Shown here piece by piece: positions 30,622-40,605 of a stretch of 64,000 nucleotides of DNA. Each line of letters starts with the position of its first letter. The stretch's first letter is position 1. The DNA comes from an uncultured Pelagibacteraceae bacterium (GTDB lineage Bacteria > Pseudomonadota > Alphaproteobacteria > Pelagibacterales > Pelagibacteraceae): contig CABYJT010000001.1 in NCBI GenBank assembly GCA_902519455.1, positions 4,028-68,027 on the forward strand, in the 5' to 3' direction. Below the pieces are notes generated by a model. The model saw only the letters and a program-made list of their open reading frames with translations. It did not search any database and was not told where the DNA came from. Made by a program: the position numbers and the translations under genes.

Positions 30622-32961
30622 ATGAGTAAATTAATTAAAAATTTTTTAATAACTATCACTTTATTTTCATTAGTCGGCATTATATTGGCTTTCTCTATAC
30701 TTTGGTCTTATTCAAACAAATTACCAGATTATAAGTTTTTAAAAAACTATAAACCACCAGTTTCAAGTAAAGTATATTCGGGCAAGGGTGTATTAATTAG
30801 TGATTTTTCAACCGAAAAAAGAATATTTATTCCATTTAATGCTATACCAAAAAAAATAATCTTTTCATTTTTATCCTCAGAGGATAAGAATTTTTTTAAG
30901 CACCCAGGAGTTGATGCAAAAGGTGTTTTAAGAGCAATCAAGAACAATATTTTTAATATAATTAAATCAAATAGACTAGAGGGAGCTTCTACGATTACAC
31001 AACAAGTTGCAAAAAATTTTCTCTTATCTAATGAGGTAAGTTTAGATAGAAAGATAAAAGAAGCTATTTTAGCTTTTAGACTTGAAAGAGCTTTAACAAA
31101 AGAAAGAATTTTAGAACTTTATCTTAATCAAATTTATTTAGGCGAAGGTTCTTATGGTATTGCATCTGCTAGTCTTAGATATTTTGATAAACCAATTGGT
31201 GAGTTAAATTATTCAGAATCTGCCTTGCTAGCTGCATTGCCAAAAGCTCCAAGTAAATATAATCCATATAAAAATAAAGAATTGGCAACTTATAGAAGAA
31301 ACTTAGTAATCAAAAATCTTTATGAAAATAAATATATCACCAAAAAAAAATACAACGAATTAATTAATTCAGAAATAATTTTAAAAAAAAGAAAAAGAAT
31401 TTTTATTGAAGATACAAGATATTTTGTAGAGGATATAAGAAAAAAAGTAATCCAAGACTATGGATATGATAGAGTTCATAAACAGGGGTTTAATATAAAA
31501 AGTCCAATTAATTTAGAACTTCAAAATTTAGCATCGGAGTCATTAAGGAGGGGATTATTAGAGTATGATAAGAGAAAAGGTTGGCGTGGACCTTTAGATA
31601 ATAGAAATAATAAAGATTGGAATAAAAATTTAGATAACTTTAATTTAGAAAAAACTATTGATTGGGAAATAGCAATTATAAAAAGAATAGACAAATTTGA
31701 GACTGTAATTCAAACTTCAAAATATGAAAATGGTGTTATTGGTTACGAGGATATAAATTGGACAAGAAAAAATTTTGATCAAATTTTTAAAATAAATGAC
31801 TTAATTTATGTAAAAAAAATTTCTGATGGAGTTTTTAGTTTGAGGCAATTACCAAATGTCAATGGTGGAATAGTTGTTATGGATCCTTACAGTGGAAGAG
31901 TTTTAGCAATGTCAGGGGGATTTAGTTTCAAAATGAGTGAATTTAATAGAGTATCACAAGCAAAAAGACAACCTGGATCCTCTTTTAAACCTTTTATTTA
32001 TGCTTTAGCGTTAGAAAATAATTATACACCTTCTTCTTTAATTTTAGATGCGCCAATCGTTCTTGATCAAGGAGAAGATCTCAAAATGTGGAAACCAGAA
32101 AATTATGGTAAAAAATTTTATGGTCTATCTACATTAAGAACTGGTGTTGAAAAATCTAGAAACTTAATGACAGTAAGAATTTCACAGGATTTAGGGATAG
32201 ACAAAATAATAAATTTTTCAAAAAAACTGAATATTTATGACAATCCTAAAGAATTACTATCAGTATCTTTAGGGTCTGCAGAAACAACATTGTTGAATAT
32301 TACAAGTGCTTACTGTTCATTTGTAAATGGAGGAAAGCTGGTTAGCCCAATCATAATTGATAGAATTCAGGATAGTGAGGGAAAAACGATTTTTAATAAT
32401 GAAAAAAGATATTGTGAAAACTGTGATCAAATTTCTTTCGAAGGTAATAATATTCCAGTAGTAAAAAATAACTTTAAGCAAATCTTTTCCCCACAAACTG
32501 CCTATCAAATGACCTCAATACTTGAGGGCGCAATACAAAGAGGGACTGGAAAGCGACTAAGAGATTTAAATTTACAAATTGCTGGAAAAACAGGAACAAC
32601 TAATAACAACACTGATACATGGTTTATAGGATTTACATCTAACTTGGTAGTTGGTGTTTTTGTTGGATATGACTCCCCAAAAAAACTAGGAAAATACGAA
32701 ACTGGATCTAAAACAGCTTTACCAATTTTTAAAGATTTTATAAAAAAAGCAGTAAATAATTATGAGGCTAGACCTTTTAAAATTTCAAAAGGAATTAAAA
32801 TGATGGTAATAGATGCTGAAACTGGTGAAAAAGCAGATTTTGGCTCAAAAAAAACAATTATTGAGTCTTATAAGAAAGAAAAATTTGAAAATCAGAAATT
32901 TATAAGTAATGATAAACTCAAATCTGAAATTTATAAAAAAAATATTTTAAAATTTTACTAA
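30622..32961 (+). CDS. mrcA: Penicillin-binding protein 1A
   Basis: Transglycosylase EDKNFFKH and GASTITQQ; transpeptidase SSFK, SRN and KTG. Confidence 0.93.
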   Translation: MSKLIKNFLITITLFSLVGIILAFSILWSYSNKLPDYKFLKNYKPPVSSKVYSGKGVLISDFSTEKRIFIPFNAIPKKIIFSFLSSEDKNFFKHPGVDAKGVLRAIKNNIFNIIKSNRLEGASTITQQVAKNFLLSNEVSLDRKIKEAILAFRLERALTKERILELYLNQIYLGEGSYGIASASLRYFDKPIGELNYSESALLAALPKAPSKYNPYKNKELATYRRNLVIKNLYENKYITKKKYNELINSEIILKKRKRIFIEDTRYFVEDIRKKVIQDYGYDRVHKQGFNIKSPINLELQNLASESLRRGLLEYDKRKGWRGPLDNRNNKDWNKNLDNFNLEKTIDWEIAIIKRIDKFETVIQTSKYENGVIGYEDINWTRKNFDQIFKINDLIYVKKISDGVFSLRQLPNVNGGIVVMDPYSGRVLAMSGGFSFKMSEFNRVSQAKRQPGSSFKPFIYALALENNYTPSSLILDAPIVLDQGEDLKMWKPENYGKKFYGLSTLRTGVEKSRNLMTVRISQDLGIDKIINFSKKLNIYDNPKELLSVSLGSAETTLLNITSAYCSFVNGGKLVSPIIIDRIQDSEGKTIFNNEKRYCENCDQISFEGNNIPVVKNNFKQIFSPQTAYQMTSILEGAIQRGTGKRLRDLNLQIAGKTGTTNNNTDTWFIGFTSNLVVGVFVGYDSPKKLGKYETGSKTALPIFKDFIKKAVNNYEARPFKISKGIKMMVIDAETGEKADFGSKKTIIESYKKEKFENQKFISNDKLKSEIYKKNILKFY

Positions 32962-34059
32962 TGGAACAGGAAATAGATAAATTTAAATCTGAAGTAATAA
33001 AGATAAATCAAAGAATCAAGGAGTTTCTTTGAAACACAAAAAATAGAGTCAAAAAGAAATAAATTAAATGCCATTGTAGAAGATCCAAAATTTTGGAATG
33101 ATAGAAAACAAGCTGAAAAAATATTAAAGGAAAAAAAAGGTTACGATAATTTATTAGATTCTCACAAGCAGTCGGAGAAAGAGATAAATGAGCTATATGA
33201 TATTTTTCAATTAGCTGAAGATGAAAATGACAATCAACTAGTTCAAGAAACCTTAAAAAAATTTTCAAATTTAAAAGAAGAGTTCAAAAAATTAGAAATT
33301 AAATGTTTTCTTTCCAATGAAAATGACATTTTAGATAGTTATTTAGAATTTCATGCAGGAGCAGGTGGTACCGAAAGCCAAGATTGGGCAGAAATGTTAA
33401 GAAGAATGTATATGAAATGGGCAGCTGTCCGAGATCACAAAGTAGAATTAATTAGCGAACATAAAGGAGACGAAGCAGGAATAAAATCTTCAGTAATAAA
33501 AATCTCTGGAGAATACATTTATGGTTTTTTAAAATCAGAGTCCGGGATTCATCGTTTAGTTAGAATTTCACCTTTTGATTCAGGAGCTAGAAGACATACC
33601 AGTTTCGCAAGTGTTTGGGTTTATCCAGTAATTAGTGAGGATATAGATATAGAGATTTTAGATAAAGATTTAAGAATAGATACTTATAGATCAAGTGGAG
33701 CAGGTGGACAGCATGTAAATACAACAGATAGTGCTGTAAGAATTACCCATATTCCGAGCAAAATTGTTGTTCAATGTCAAAATGAAAGATCTCAGCACAA
33801 AAATAAGGAAACATGCATGAATATGCTTAAAGCGAGACTCTATGAGCATGAAATCCAAAAAAGAAAAAAAGAAAGTGATAGTATCGAAAATTCAAAATCT
33901 GAAATAGGCTGGGGACATCAAATTAGATCATATGTATTACATCCCTATAGAATGGTTAAAGATAATAGAACAAATTATGAGAACTCTAATCCTGAAAAAG
34001 TTTTAGATGGTGAAATTGATGATTTTTTAGAAAATTCTTTATATAAAATAAATGCGTAA
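32961..34059 (+). CDS. prfB: Peptide chain release factor 2, about 365 aa via +1 programmed frameshift
   Basis: ATG 32961 opens 23 codons ending CTT TGA (33027-33032). The +1 frame from 33031 continues with EDPKFWND and is in frame with ORF 33394-34059, which has SPF and GGQ. Confidence 0.96.
33018..33033 (+). promoter_or_regulatory. RF2 +1 frameshift cassette
   Basis: AAGGAG-TTT-CTT-TGA-A: internal Shine-Dalgarno, 3-nt spacer, shift site and UGA. Confidence 0.93.
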
Positions 34060-37024
34060 AACTATTTTAATTATAATTTTAATTATTCTAACTGTCTTAT
34101 TTTTTTCTCTAATTTATTTAAGCACTTATGGAGTGAAGACAGACCATTTTAATACTTTCATAAATACCAAAGTTAAGGAATATAATTCTAGTTTAAATCT
34201 TAAACTTGATACTGTATTTATTAAATTAAATCTTGTTCAAGGCTCTATAAATATTAATACTAAAGATGCAATTTTAATTGCTGATAATAATGAAATAGAA
34301 ATTATAAATACAGATATAAATTTAAATATTATAAAATTTATAAAAAAAGAAAATTCGATTAAAAATATAAAGATTCAGTCTTCAGAAAATTCTATAAAAA
34401 GAGTTACATCTTTATTAAACTCAATAAACTTCGACCTATCTAGATATGTGCTTTATAGCCAAATCAAAAAAGGATTCATTAAATTTAAATTAGAGGCAGA
34501 ATTTGATACTAAAAGTCAAAAACTATATTCATATAACCTTTCTGGATCTATTAAAGAGGCAAAATTTAATTTGTTAGGCTATGACAGTATTGATGGAATT
34601 AATTTTAATTTTAATACTAAAGATAAATTGACAAAAATTTTAAATTTAAACTTTAGATATCAAAATTTAAATTTTGCATCAGAAAATATTGAAATTAATG
34701 TTGAAAAGTCAGACTTGTATTCTATAAAAGGAGATATTGAAAATTCCAAAGCATTAATAAATCCAAATGTATTATTTAAATTAGTAAATATAAAACAGGA
34801 TTTTTTATCCAATATAAATATTCCAATTAAAAGTAAAAATTTTTTTTCATTTAGATTAAGCAAATTCAAGAAATTAGAAAATATAAAAATTGATTCAATT
34901 TTAAATTTTGATGAAATATATTTGGGAAAAAAGTACAAAAATCTAATTTATCTAAAGGATGGTACAATTAATTCTAAGTATGAAAATAAACAATTTAATG
35001 CAGATTTAACATCAAACTTTGTATTTTCTAATAATTTAAAATCAATAAGTGACTATAAAAACAATAAATTAAAACTATTTTTAAAAAGTAAAAATAATAA
35101 AAATTTCAAAATAAATGGAAATATTAGTAATCAAAAAACACTTGTAGATCCTAAAATTCTTCTAAACTTTTTAGGATTAGATGCTAATTTAATATCCGAG
35201 GAATCTATAAATATTGAAACAGACAATCAATTTAAATTAGAGATTAATAAGGGCAAAATAGAAAATTACCTTGTAAATTCAAAAATTAATTTTGATAAAT
35301 TAGAGCTCAATAAAAAAATCCAAGATGTGCTGTATTTAAAAAACATTACAACTGAATTAATTTTTGGTGATGAAATATTAAATCTGGATTTGAAAAGTAA
35401 TTATTCATTTTTAAATCAAAACTATAATAATAAATTAGATAATAATATTTTAAATTTAAAATTAGATAAAAATAATTCAAAAATCTCTGATGTGGAAATT
35501 TTTTTAACGACCGACAACAATAATATTAATATAAAAGAATTTAAAAAATATTTTAAATTCCAAGAAATTTTAGTAGAGGATCAAATTATCAATCTAGACT
35601 CTAATTTTTTAATTAATTTTTCCTTTGATGATAAATTTAATATAAGTAAGCTTGATGTAAACTCTGATTTAAATTTTGATAATTTGGATATTAATTTTAA
35701 ATCTAATCTAGTAAAAAAATATTTAGAAAATTATGAAAATAAAATATCTATCAATGATCCAAGTTTTTCATTTAAATATTCGAACGATATAATTAATTTT
35801 CAATTAGATGGAAAATATTCTTTAAATGACAAAAAGGATAATTTTTTTATTAAATTTGAGGGAAATCAAAATAATTTTGAACTCTACTCTTTACTGGATT
35901 TAGATAAAAATATTTTAAACTTAAAAGATATTCAATACTATAAAAAAAATAATATACCCGCAAAATTAGAAGTTTTGTTAAATAAATCGAAAAAAGGGTT
36001 TTACTTAAAAGAAATTAGTTTTAATGAAAATCAGAATTATATTTCAGCTCAAAATTTAAATTTTTCTCCTGACTTAAAGATACAGAGTGTAGAAGAAATT
36101 GATGTAAATTTTGTAAATACAAATGAATTATTAAACAATTTCAAAATTAAAAAAAATTCAAATAAGTATAATTTTATTGGAAACCAAATTGATGGTGAAC
36201 AATTAGTTGAAAGATTGTTGAAAGGTAACAAAAAAAATAAAATTTTCAAATTATTTCACAATGTAAATACTTCATTGATATTTAACATAAATAAAATATA
36301 TCTAGAAAAAGATACATACCTCAAGAAATTTATAGGTGAATTTGATATAAAGAAAAATAAGTTATTTTTAGCCAAAGCTGATGCAATCTTAGAAAATAAT
36401 AAGAAATTTTCCTATTCTTATCGAACAACAATCAAAAATGAAAAAATTACAAATATATTCATTGATGGACCAAAACCATTTATAAATAATTATAAATTTA
36501 TTAAAGGCTTTGATGAAGGTGAATTAAAATTAAATTCTATTAAGATTGATAATACTACTAGATCAAATCTAAAAATTACTAATTTTAAAGTTAAAGAAGT
36601 TCCAGTTTTAGCAAAAATACTTACACTAGCATCTTTGCAAGGAATTGCTGATCTTCTAACAGGAGAAGGAATAAGATTTGATGAATTTGAAATGGATTTT
36701 AAGACAAAAAATAATCTAACAGAAATCGATGAGCTTTACGCACTAGGACCAGCTATTTCAATAATGATGGAAGGTTACATTGAGAAAGACAGAGTAACAA
36801 GTTTAAGAGGAACTTTAGTACCGGCAACAACAATTAATAAAACAATATCGAAAATTCCTTTACTTGGTAACATCTTAGTCGGTAGTAAAACTGGTGAAGG
36901 AGTGTTTGGTGTAAGCTTTAAGATTAAGGGACCACCCAATGATTTAGAAAGTTCAGTTAATCCAATAAAAACACTTACTCCAAGATTTATTACCAGGACT
37001 CTAGAAATTATAAAAGGTAATTAA
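34052..37024 (+). CDS. AsmA-like/YhdP-type envelope protein with internal repeats
   Basis: N-terminal TM anchor, beta-rich body, C-terminal GIRFDEF...GTLVPATTINKTISKIPLLGNIL...GVFGVSFKIKG...VNPIKTLTPRF; next to tyrS. Confidence 0.72.
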   Translation: MRKTILIIILIILTVLFFSLIYLSTYGVKTDHFNTFINTKVKEYNSSLNLKLDTVFIKLNLVQGSININTKDAILIADNNEIEIINTDINLNIIKFIKKENSIKNIKIQSSENSIKRVTSLLNSINFDLSRYVLYSQIKKGFIKFKLEAEFDTKSQKLYSYNLSGSIKEAKFNLLGYDSIDGINFNFNTKDKLTKILNLNFRYQNLNFASENIEINVEKSDLYSIKGDIENSKALINPNVLFKLVNIKQDFLSNINIPIKSKNFFSFRLSKFKKLENIKIDSILNFDEIYLGKKYKNLIYLKDGTINSKYENKQFNADLTSNFVFSNNLKSISDYKNNKLKLFLKSKNNKNFKINGNISNQKTLVDPKILLNFLGLDANLISEESINIETDNQFKLEINKGKIENYLVNSKINFDKLELNKKIQDVLYLKNITTELIFGDEILNLDLKSNYSFLNQNYNNKLDNNILNLKLDKNNSKISDVEIFLTTDNNNINIKEFKKYFKFQEILVEDQIINLDSNFLINFSFDDKFNISKLDVNSDLNFDNLDINFKSNLVKKYLENYENKISINDPSFSFKYSNDIINFQLDGKYSLNDKKDNFFIKFEGNQNNFELYSLLDLDKNILNLKDIQYYKKNNIPAKLEVLLNKSKKGFYLKEISFNENQNYISAQNLNFSPDLKIQSVEEIDVNFVNTNELLNNFKIKKNSNKYNFIGNQIDGEQLVERLLKGNKKNKIFKLFHNVNTSLIFNINKIYLEKDTYLKKFIGEFDIKKNKLFLAKADAILENNKKFSYSYRTTIKNEKITNIFIDGPKPFINNYKFIKGFDEGELKLNSIKIDNTTRSNLKITNFKVKEVPVLAKILTLASLQGIADLLTGEGIRFDEFEMDFKTKNNLTEIDELYALGPAISIMMEGYIEKDRVTSLRGTLVPATTINKTISKIPLLGNILVGSKTGEGVFGVSFKIKGPPNDLESSVNPIKTLTPRFITRTLEIIKGN
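34730..35700 (+). repeat. About 2.5 degenerate tandem copies of a 128-aa unit (protein-level repeat)
   Basis: SILNFD, SKINFD and SDLNFD start at 34895, 35279 and 35663, exactly 384 nt apart. Paired motifs GDIENSK/GNISNQK, LIYLKD/VLYLKN and DLTSNFVF/DLKSNYSF. Confidence 0.7.
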
Positions 37025-38244
37025 ACTGTAATTTTAAAGTGCTTTTTCTTTCCTATAGATAACTTTACAAAACCTTTGTCGGAGAACAAGATAGGGTCAA
37101 CAATATATTTTTCATCCTGAACATTTTTATTATCAATTTTAATAGCGTTTGATTTAATCAATCTTCTTATTTCAGATTTTGAAATATCTTTATTAACAAA
37201 TGAAATAAGTTCTATAATATTTTTCGATAGAATATCATTTTTGACTTTAATTCCTGGAAGATTTTCACCAGTAGAGTTTTCAGTAAAGGTATTTCTCGCA
37301 AGTTTTGAAGACTTTTCAGCTTCTTTTTTCCCATGAAGCATTTCCGTTGCATTATTTGCGAGTATAATTTTTAATTCATTGATATTTTTATCTTTTATAT
37401 TATTTATTCCATCCAAAGACAAATCAGTGAACATTTTTAAAAACTTTAATACATCACGATCATCCGTATTTCTCCAAAACTGCCAGTAATCATATGGTGA
37501 TAGCATATCTTTATTTAGCCATATTGCACCTTTTTCAGTTTTACCCATTTTAGCACCTGACGCTGAAGTTATAAGTGGTGTAGTTAAACCATATACATGA
37601 TTTCCAGATACTCTTTTGATAAGCTCAACTCCATTTACTATATTGCCCCATTGATCTGATCCACCAATTTGTAAGTTACAATTGTTTGATTTATTAAGCT
37701 CATAAAAATCATATGCTTGTAGAATCATATAATTAAACTCCATGTAACTTAATGATTGTTCTCTTTCTAATCTTAATTTTACGCTATCAAATGTTAACAT
37801 TTTATTTATTGTAAAATGTCTTCCTATATCCCTTAGAAAATTTATATAGTTAAGTTTGCTTAACCATTTATAATTATTAACAAATAAAGGTTTTAGTTTA
37901 GGATTATTTGTTTTTAGAAAAATTTTAAAAACTTTTTTTATATTATTAATATTACTCTCTATCTGTTTTTCAGACAATATTTTTCTAGTTTCTTCTTTTC
38001 CAGATGGATCTCCTATTCTCGTAGTTCCTCCACCTAAAAGAACAATTGGTCTATGACCATGCTTTTGTAAAAGCCTAAGACACATTATTTGTAATAAACT
38101 ACCTACGTGAAGACTGGGAGCAGTACTATCAAATCCTATATAAGCACTAGTACTGTCTTTATTTAATAAATTTGATAATTCAAATTCATTAGTGCATTGA
38201 TAATAGTATCCTCTATCTTTAAATTCTTTTAAAAAATTATTCAT
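37021..38244 (-). CDS. tyrS: Tyrosine-tRNA ligase
   Basis: HVGS, QIGGSDQWGN, KMGKT, C-terminal S4 domain. Confidence 0.97.
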   Translation of the reverse strand: MNNFLKEFKDRGYYYQCTNEFELSNLLNKDSTSAYIGFDSTAPSLHVGSLLQIMCLRLLQKHGHRPIVLLGGGTTRIGDPSGKEETRKILSEKQIESNINNIKKVFKIFLKTNNPKLKPLFVNNYKWLSKLNYINFLRDIGRHFTINKMLTFDSVKLRLEREQSLSYMEFNYMILQAYDFYELNKSNNCNLQIGGSDQWGNIVNGVELIKRVSGNHVYGLTTPLITSASGAKMGKTEKGAIWLNKDMLSPYDYWQFWRNTDDRDVLKFLKMFTDLSLDGINNIKDKNINELKIILANNATEMLHGKKEAEKSSKLARNTFTENSTGENLPGIKVKNDILSKNIIELISFVNKDISKSEIRRLIKSNAIKIDNKNVQDEKYIVDPILFSDKGFVKLSIGKKKHFKITV

Positions 38245-38291
38245 AGGTCTATAGTCTCACAATATACATATTTTAATAAAAAAAAATAAGA

Positions 38292-39386
38292 ATGGAAAAA
38301 AATTTATCAGCACTTGGTTTTATGAGTGGCACTTCTGGTGATGGCGTAGATTCTTCAGTTATAAGCTCTAATGGTGAAGACAGTATTATTATCAAATATA
38401 ATAGATATGATACTTATCCTTCAAAACTCTCAAATAAAATTCATAGAATAAAAGAAAACATTTCAAAAATGCAAGATCTGCTAAAATATTCCTCTAATAT
38501 TGAGGAATTAGAGAGAGAAATCACAGACTTCCATGTCGATATCGCAATTAAAATATCTAAACAAATTAATTATGATCTTATAGGTTTTCATGGTCACACA
38601 ATTTATCATAATGCTGACGAAAAAATTTCTAAGCAAATTGGCTTAGGTAATAGTTTATCAGGAAAAACTAATAAAACTGTAGTTTACGATTTTAGACAAA
38701 AAGATATCAAAAATGGAGGAGAGGGAGCACCTTTAGCTCCAATTTACCACCTTGCACTTATAAAAACCTTATTCAAAGAAAGTAAAGTAAAAATCCCAAT
38801 TTCAATATTAAATATTGGTGGTATAGCAAACATTACTGAAATTGATAAAAATTTTAAAATTACAAGTAGAGATATTGGACCAGGAAATTGCTTAATTGAC
38901 AAGTGGATGAGAAAAAATTCTAAAAAATCTTTTGACAAGGATGGGAATTTAGCAATGAAAGGGAAAACAGACAAATTTATTTTTGATCAATATATAGATA
39001 ACTATTATTACAGCAAAATTAATTCTAGGAGATCCCTAGATACAAATGATTTTGATATTTCCTTTGCAAAAGGTCTTTCGTTAGAAAATGGAACAACTAC
39101 AATTACTGATTTAACATCTGAATTATTATCAAAAAAAATTGGAAATAATAATATTTATGTTTGCGGCGGTGGTAGAAAAAATAAATACCTAATTAATTCA
39201 TTTAAAAATAAAATTAAAAATAAAGTTTCCTCAATTGATGATTTAAGTATTGATGGTGACTTTATAGAGTCACAAGCATTTGCTTTCCTTGCAATTAGAT
39301 CTTACTTAGGACTACCTATTTCTTTTCCATCCACTACAAATTGTAAAACCCCCACAGTCGGTGGCACTATTATTAAAAATTCATAA
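38292..39386 (+). CDS. anmK: Anhydro-N-acetylmuramic acid kinase
   Basis: MSGTSGDGVD, GGEGAPL, NIGGIAN, DIGPGN; divergent from tyrS. Confidence 0.93.
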   Translation: MEKNLSALGFMSGTSGDGVDSSVISSNGEDSIIIKYNRYDTYPSKLSNKIHRIKENISKMQDLLKYSSNIEELEREITDFHVDIAIKISKQINYDLIGFHGHTIYHNADEKISKQIGLGNSLSGKTNKTVVYDFRQKDIKNGGEGAPLAPIYHLALIKTLFKESKVKIPISILNIGGIANITEIDKNFKITSRDIGPGNCLIDKWMRKNSKKSFDKDGNLAMKGKTDKFIFDQYIDNYYYSKINSRRSLDTNDFDISFAKGLSLENGTTTITDLTSELLSKKIGNNNIYVCGGGRKNKYLINSFKNKIKNKVSSIDDLSIDGDFIESQAFAFLAIRSYLGLPISFPSTTNCKTPTVGGTIIKNS

Positions 39387-40052
39387 TTAATATAAAGCGG
39401 TCTCTCTTTTTATATATTTATTTAAAGATTTAATTAAAGCTAAATCACTTTTAGAGAAAAAATGATTTGCATCCTGAACAGATTCGAATTCAACTTTAAT
39501 ACCTTTTTGTTCACTAAGTCTTTTATTTAAATCATTTATATGTTCTATTGGAACTAGTTCATCTTTTTTTCCATAAATCATCGTACCAGATGTAGGACAA
39601 GGTGATAAAAAAGAAAAATCATAAACGTTAGGTTGAGGTGAGACAACAACGAACCTATTTATTTCAGGTCTTCTCATTAGTAATTGCATTGCTATCAATG
39701 ATCCAAAAGAAAAACCTGAAATCCAGCATTGGGAGTTATCGAAGTTTTCTCTTTCTAACCAGTCTAAGGCAGCTGCTGCATCTGCAAGTTCTCCTTGCCC
39801 ATTATCAAATTCTCCATCGCTTTTACCAACACCTCTAAAATTCACTCTACAAACTGAAAAATCATTATCTACAAATGTTTGAAATATATCGACAACAATT
39901 TTATTGTTCATTGTTCCACCGTACTGAGGATGTGGATGCAAAACCAAAGCAATTGGTGAAGTGTTTTTTTTGCTTTTAAAATATTTAGCTTCTAGTCTTC
40001 CAACCGGACCTGGTATAAATATTTCTACAATTTTGTTTTCTACTGATGCCAT
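39387..40052 (-). CDS. Alpha/beta-fold hydrolase
   Basis: HPHPQYGGTMNN, nucleophile elbow GFSFG, NHFF; conserved neighbour of iscR in Alphaproteobacteria. Confidence 0.88.
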   Translation of the reverse strand: MASVENKIVEIFIPGPVGRLEAKYFKSKKNTSPIALVLHPHPQYGGTMNNKIVVDIFQTFVDNDFSVCRVNFRGVGKSDGEFDNGQGELADAAAALDWLERENFDNSQCWISGFSFGSLIAMQLLMRRPEINRFVVVSPQPNVYDFSFLSPCPTSGTMIYGKKDELVPIEHINDLNKRLSEQKGIKVEFESVQDANHFFSKSDLALIKSLNKYIKRETALY

Positions 40053-40130
40053 TGATTATTAATCTCAAAAAAAATTAAGGTTTTTTCTATCAAAATTGAG
40101 TGACAAAATGCAAGTTTTTAAATAGCAATT

Positions 40131-40162
40131 AATCTTGACTAAAACAGTCGGGTATATATAAG
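40131..40162 (+). promoter_or_regulatory. IscR type-1 operator overlapping a sigma70 promoter
   Basis: AATCTTGACTAAAACAGTCGGGTAT (40131-40155) matches ATASYYGACTRWWWYAGTCRRSTAT at 23 of 25 positions. It contains -35 TTGACT, with TATAAG about 16 bp downstream. Confidence 0.85.
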
Positions 40163-40182
40163 TCCCGCTAATTGCGGAAAAT

Positions 40183-40605
40183 ATGAAATTATCAAGTAAA
40201 GGTAGATACGCTGTAATGGCTCTAGCGGATCTAGCAAAATTTAATTTGAAAGAGCCAGTATCTTTAAGAGATATATCTTTAAGACAAGGTATATCGCTCG
40301 TTTACTTGGAACAGCTTTTTTCTAAATTAAAAAAGAACCGAATTGTTACAAGCGTTAGAGGTAATAGAGGTGGTTATATATTATCAAAACAAGCCTCAGA
40401 AATAAAAATTTCAGATGTATTTATTGCTGTCGATGAAAAGGTAAAAACAGTTGGGTGTGAAAAACATTCAGAGAATGGATGCAACGGTAAATCTTCTAAA
40501 TGTATTACGCATGATTTATGGGATGAGCTAGAAGATTATATAAATAACTTTTTCCAGCAAAAAACCTTAAGTGATTTAATTAATAAGAGAACTTTAAATG
40601 GATAA
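40183..40605 (+). CDS. iscR: Fe-S cluster regulator (Rrf2 family)
   Basis: [17 protein letters not shown], three Cys plus His ligands ([19 protein letters not shown]). Confidence 0.88.
   Translation: MKLSSKGRYAVMALADLAKFNLKEPVSLRDISLRQGISLVYLEQLFSKLKKNRIVTSVRGNRGGYILSKQASEIKISDVFIAVDEKVKTVGCEKHSENGCNGKSSKCITHDLWDELEDYINNFFQQKTLSDLINKRTLNG

Noticed and set aside
33008-33268. 86-aa minus-strand ORF
   Set aside because: Antisense shadow of the frameshifted 5' part of prfB.
32961-33393. prfB as a pseudogene or sequencing error
   Set aside because: The break is the canonical Shine-Dalgarno plus CTT-TGA programmed frameshift.
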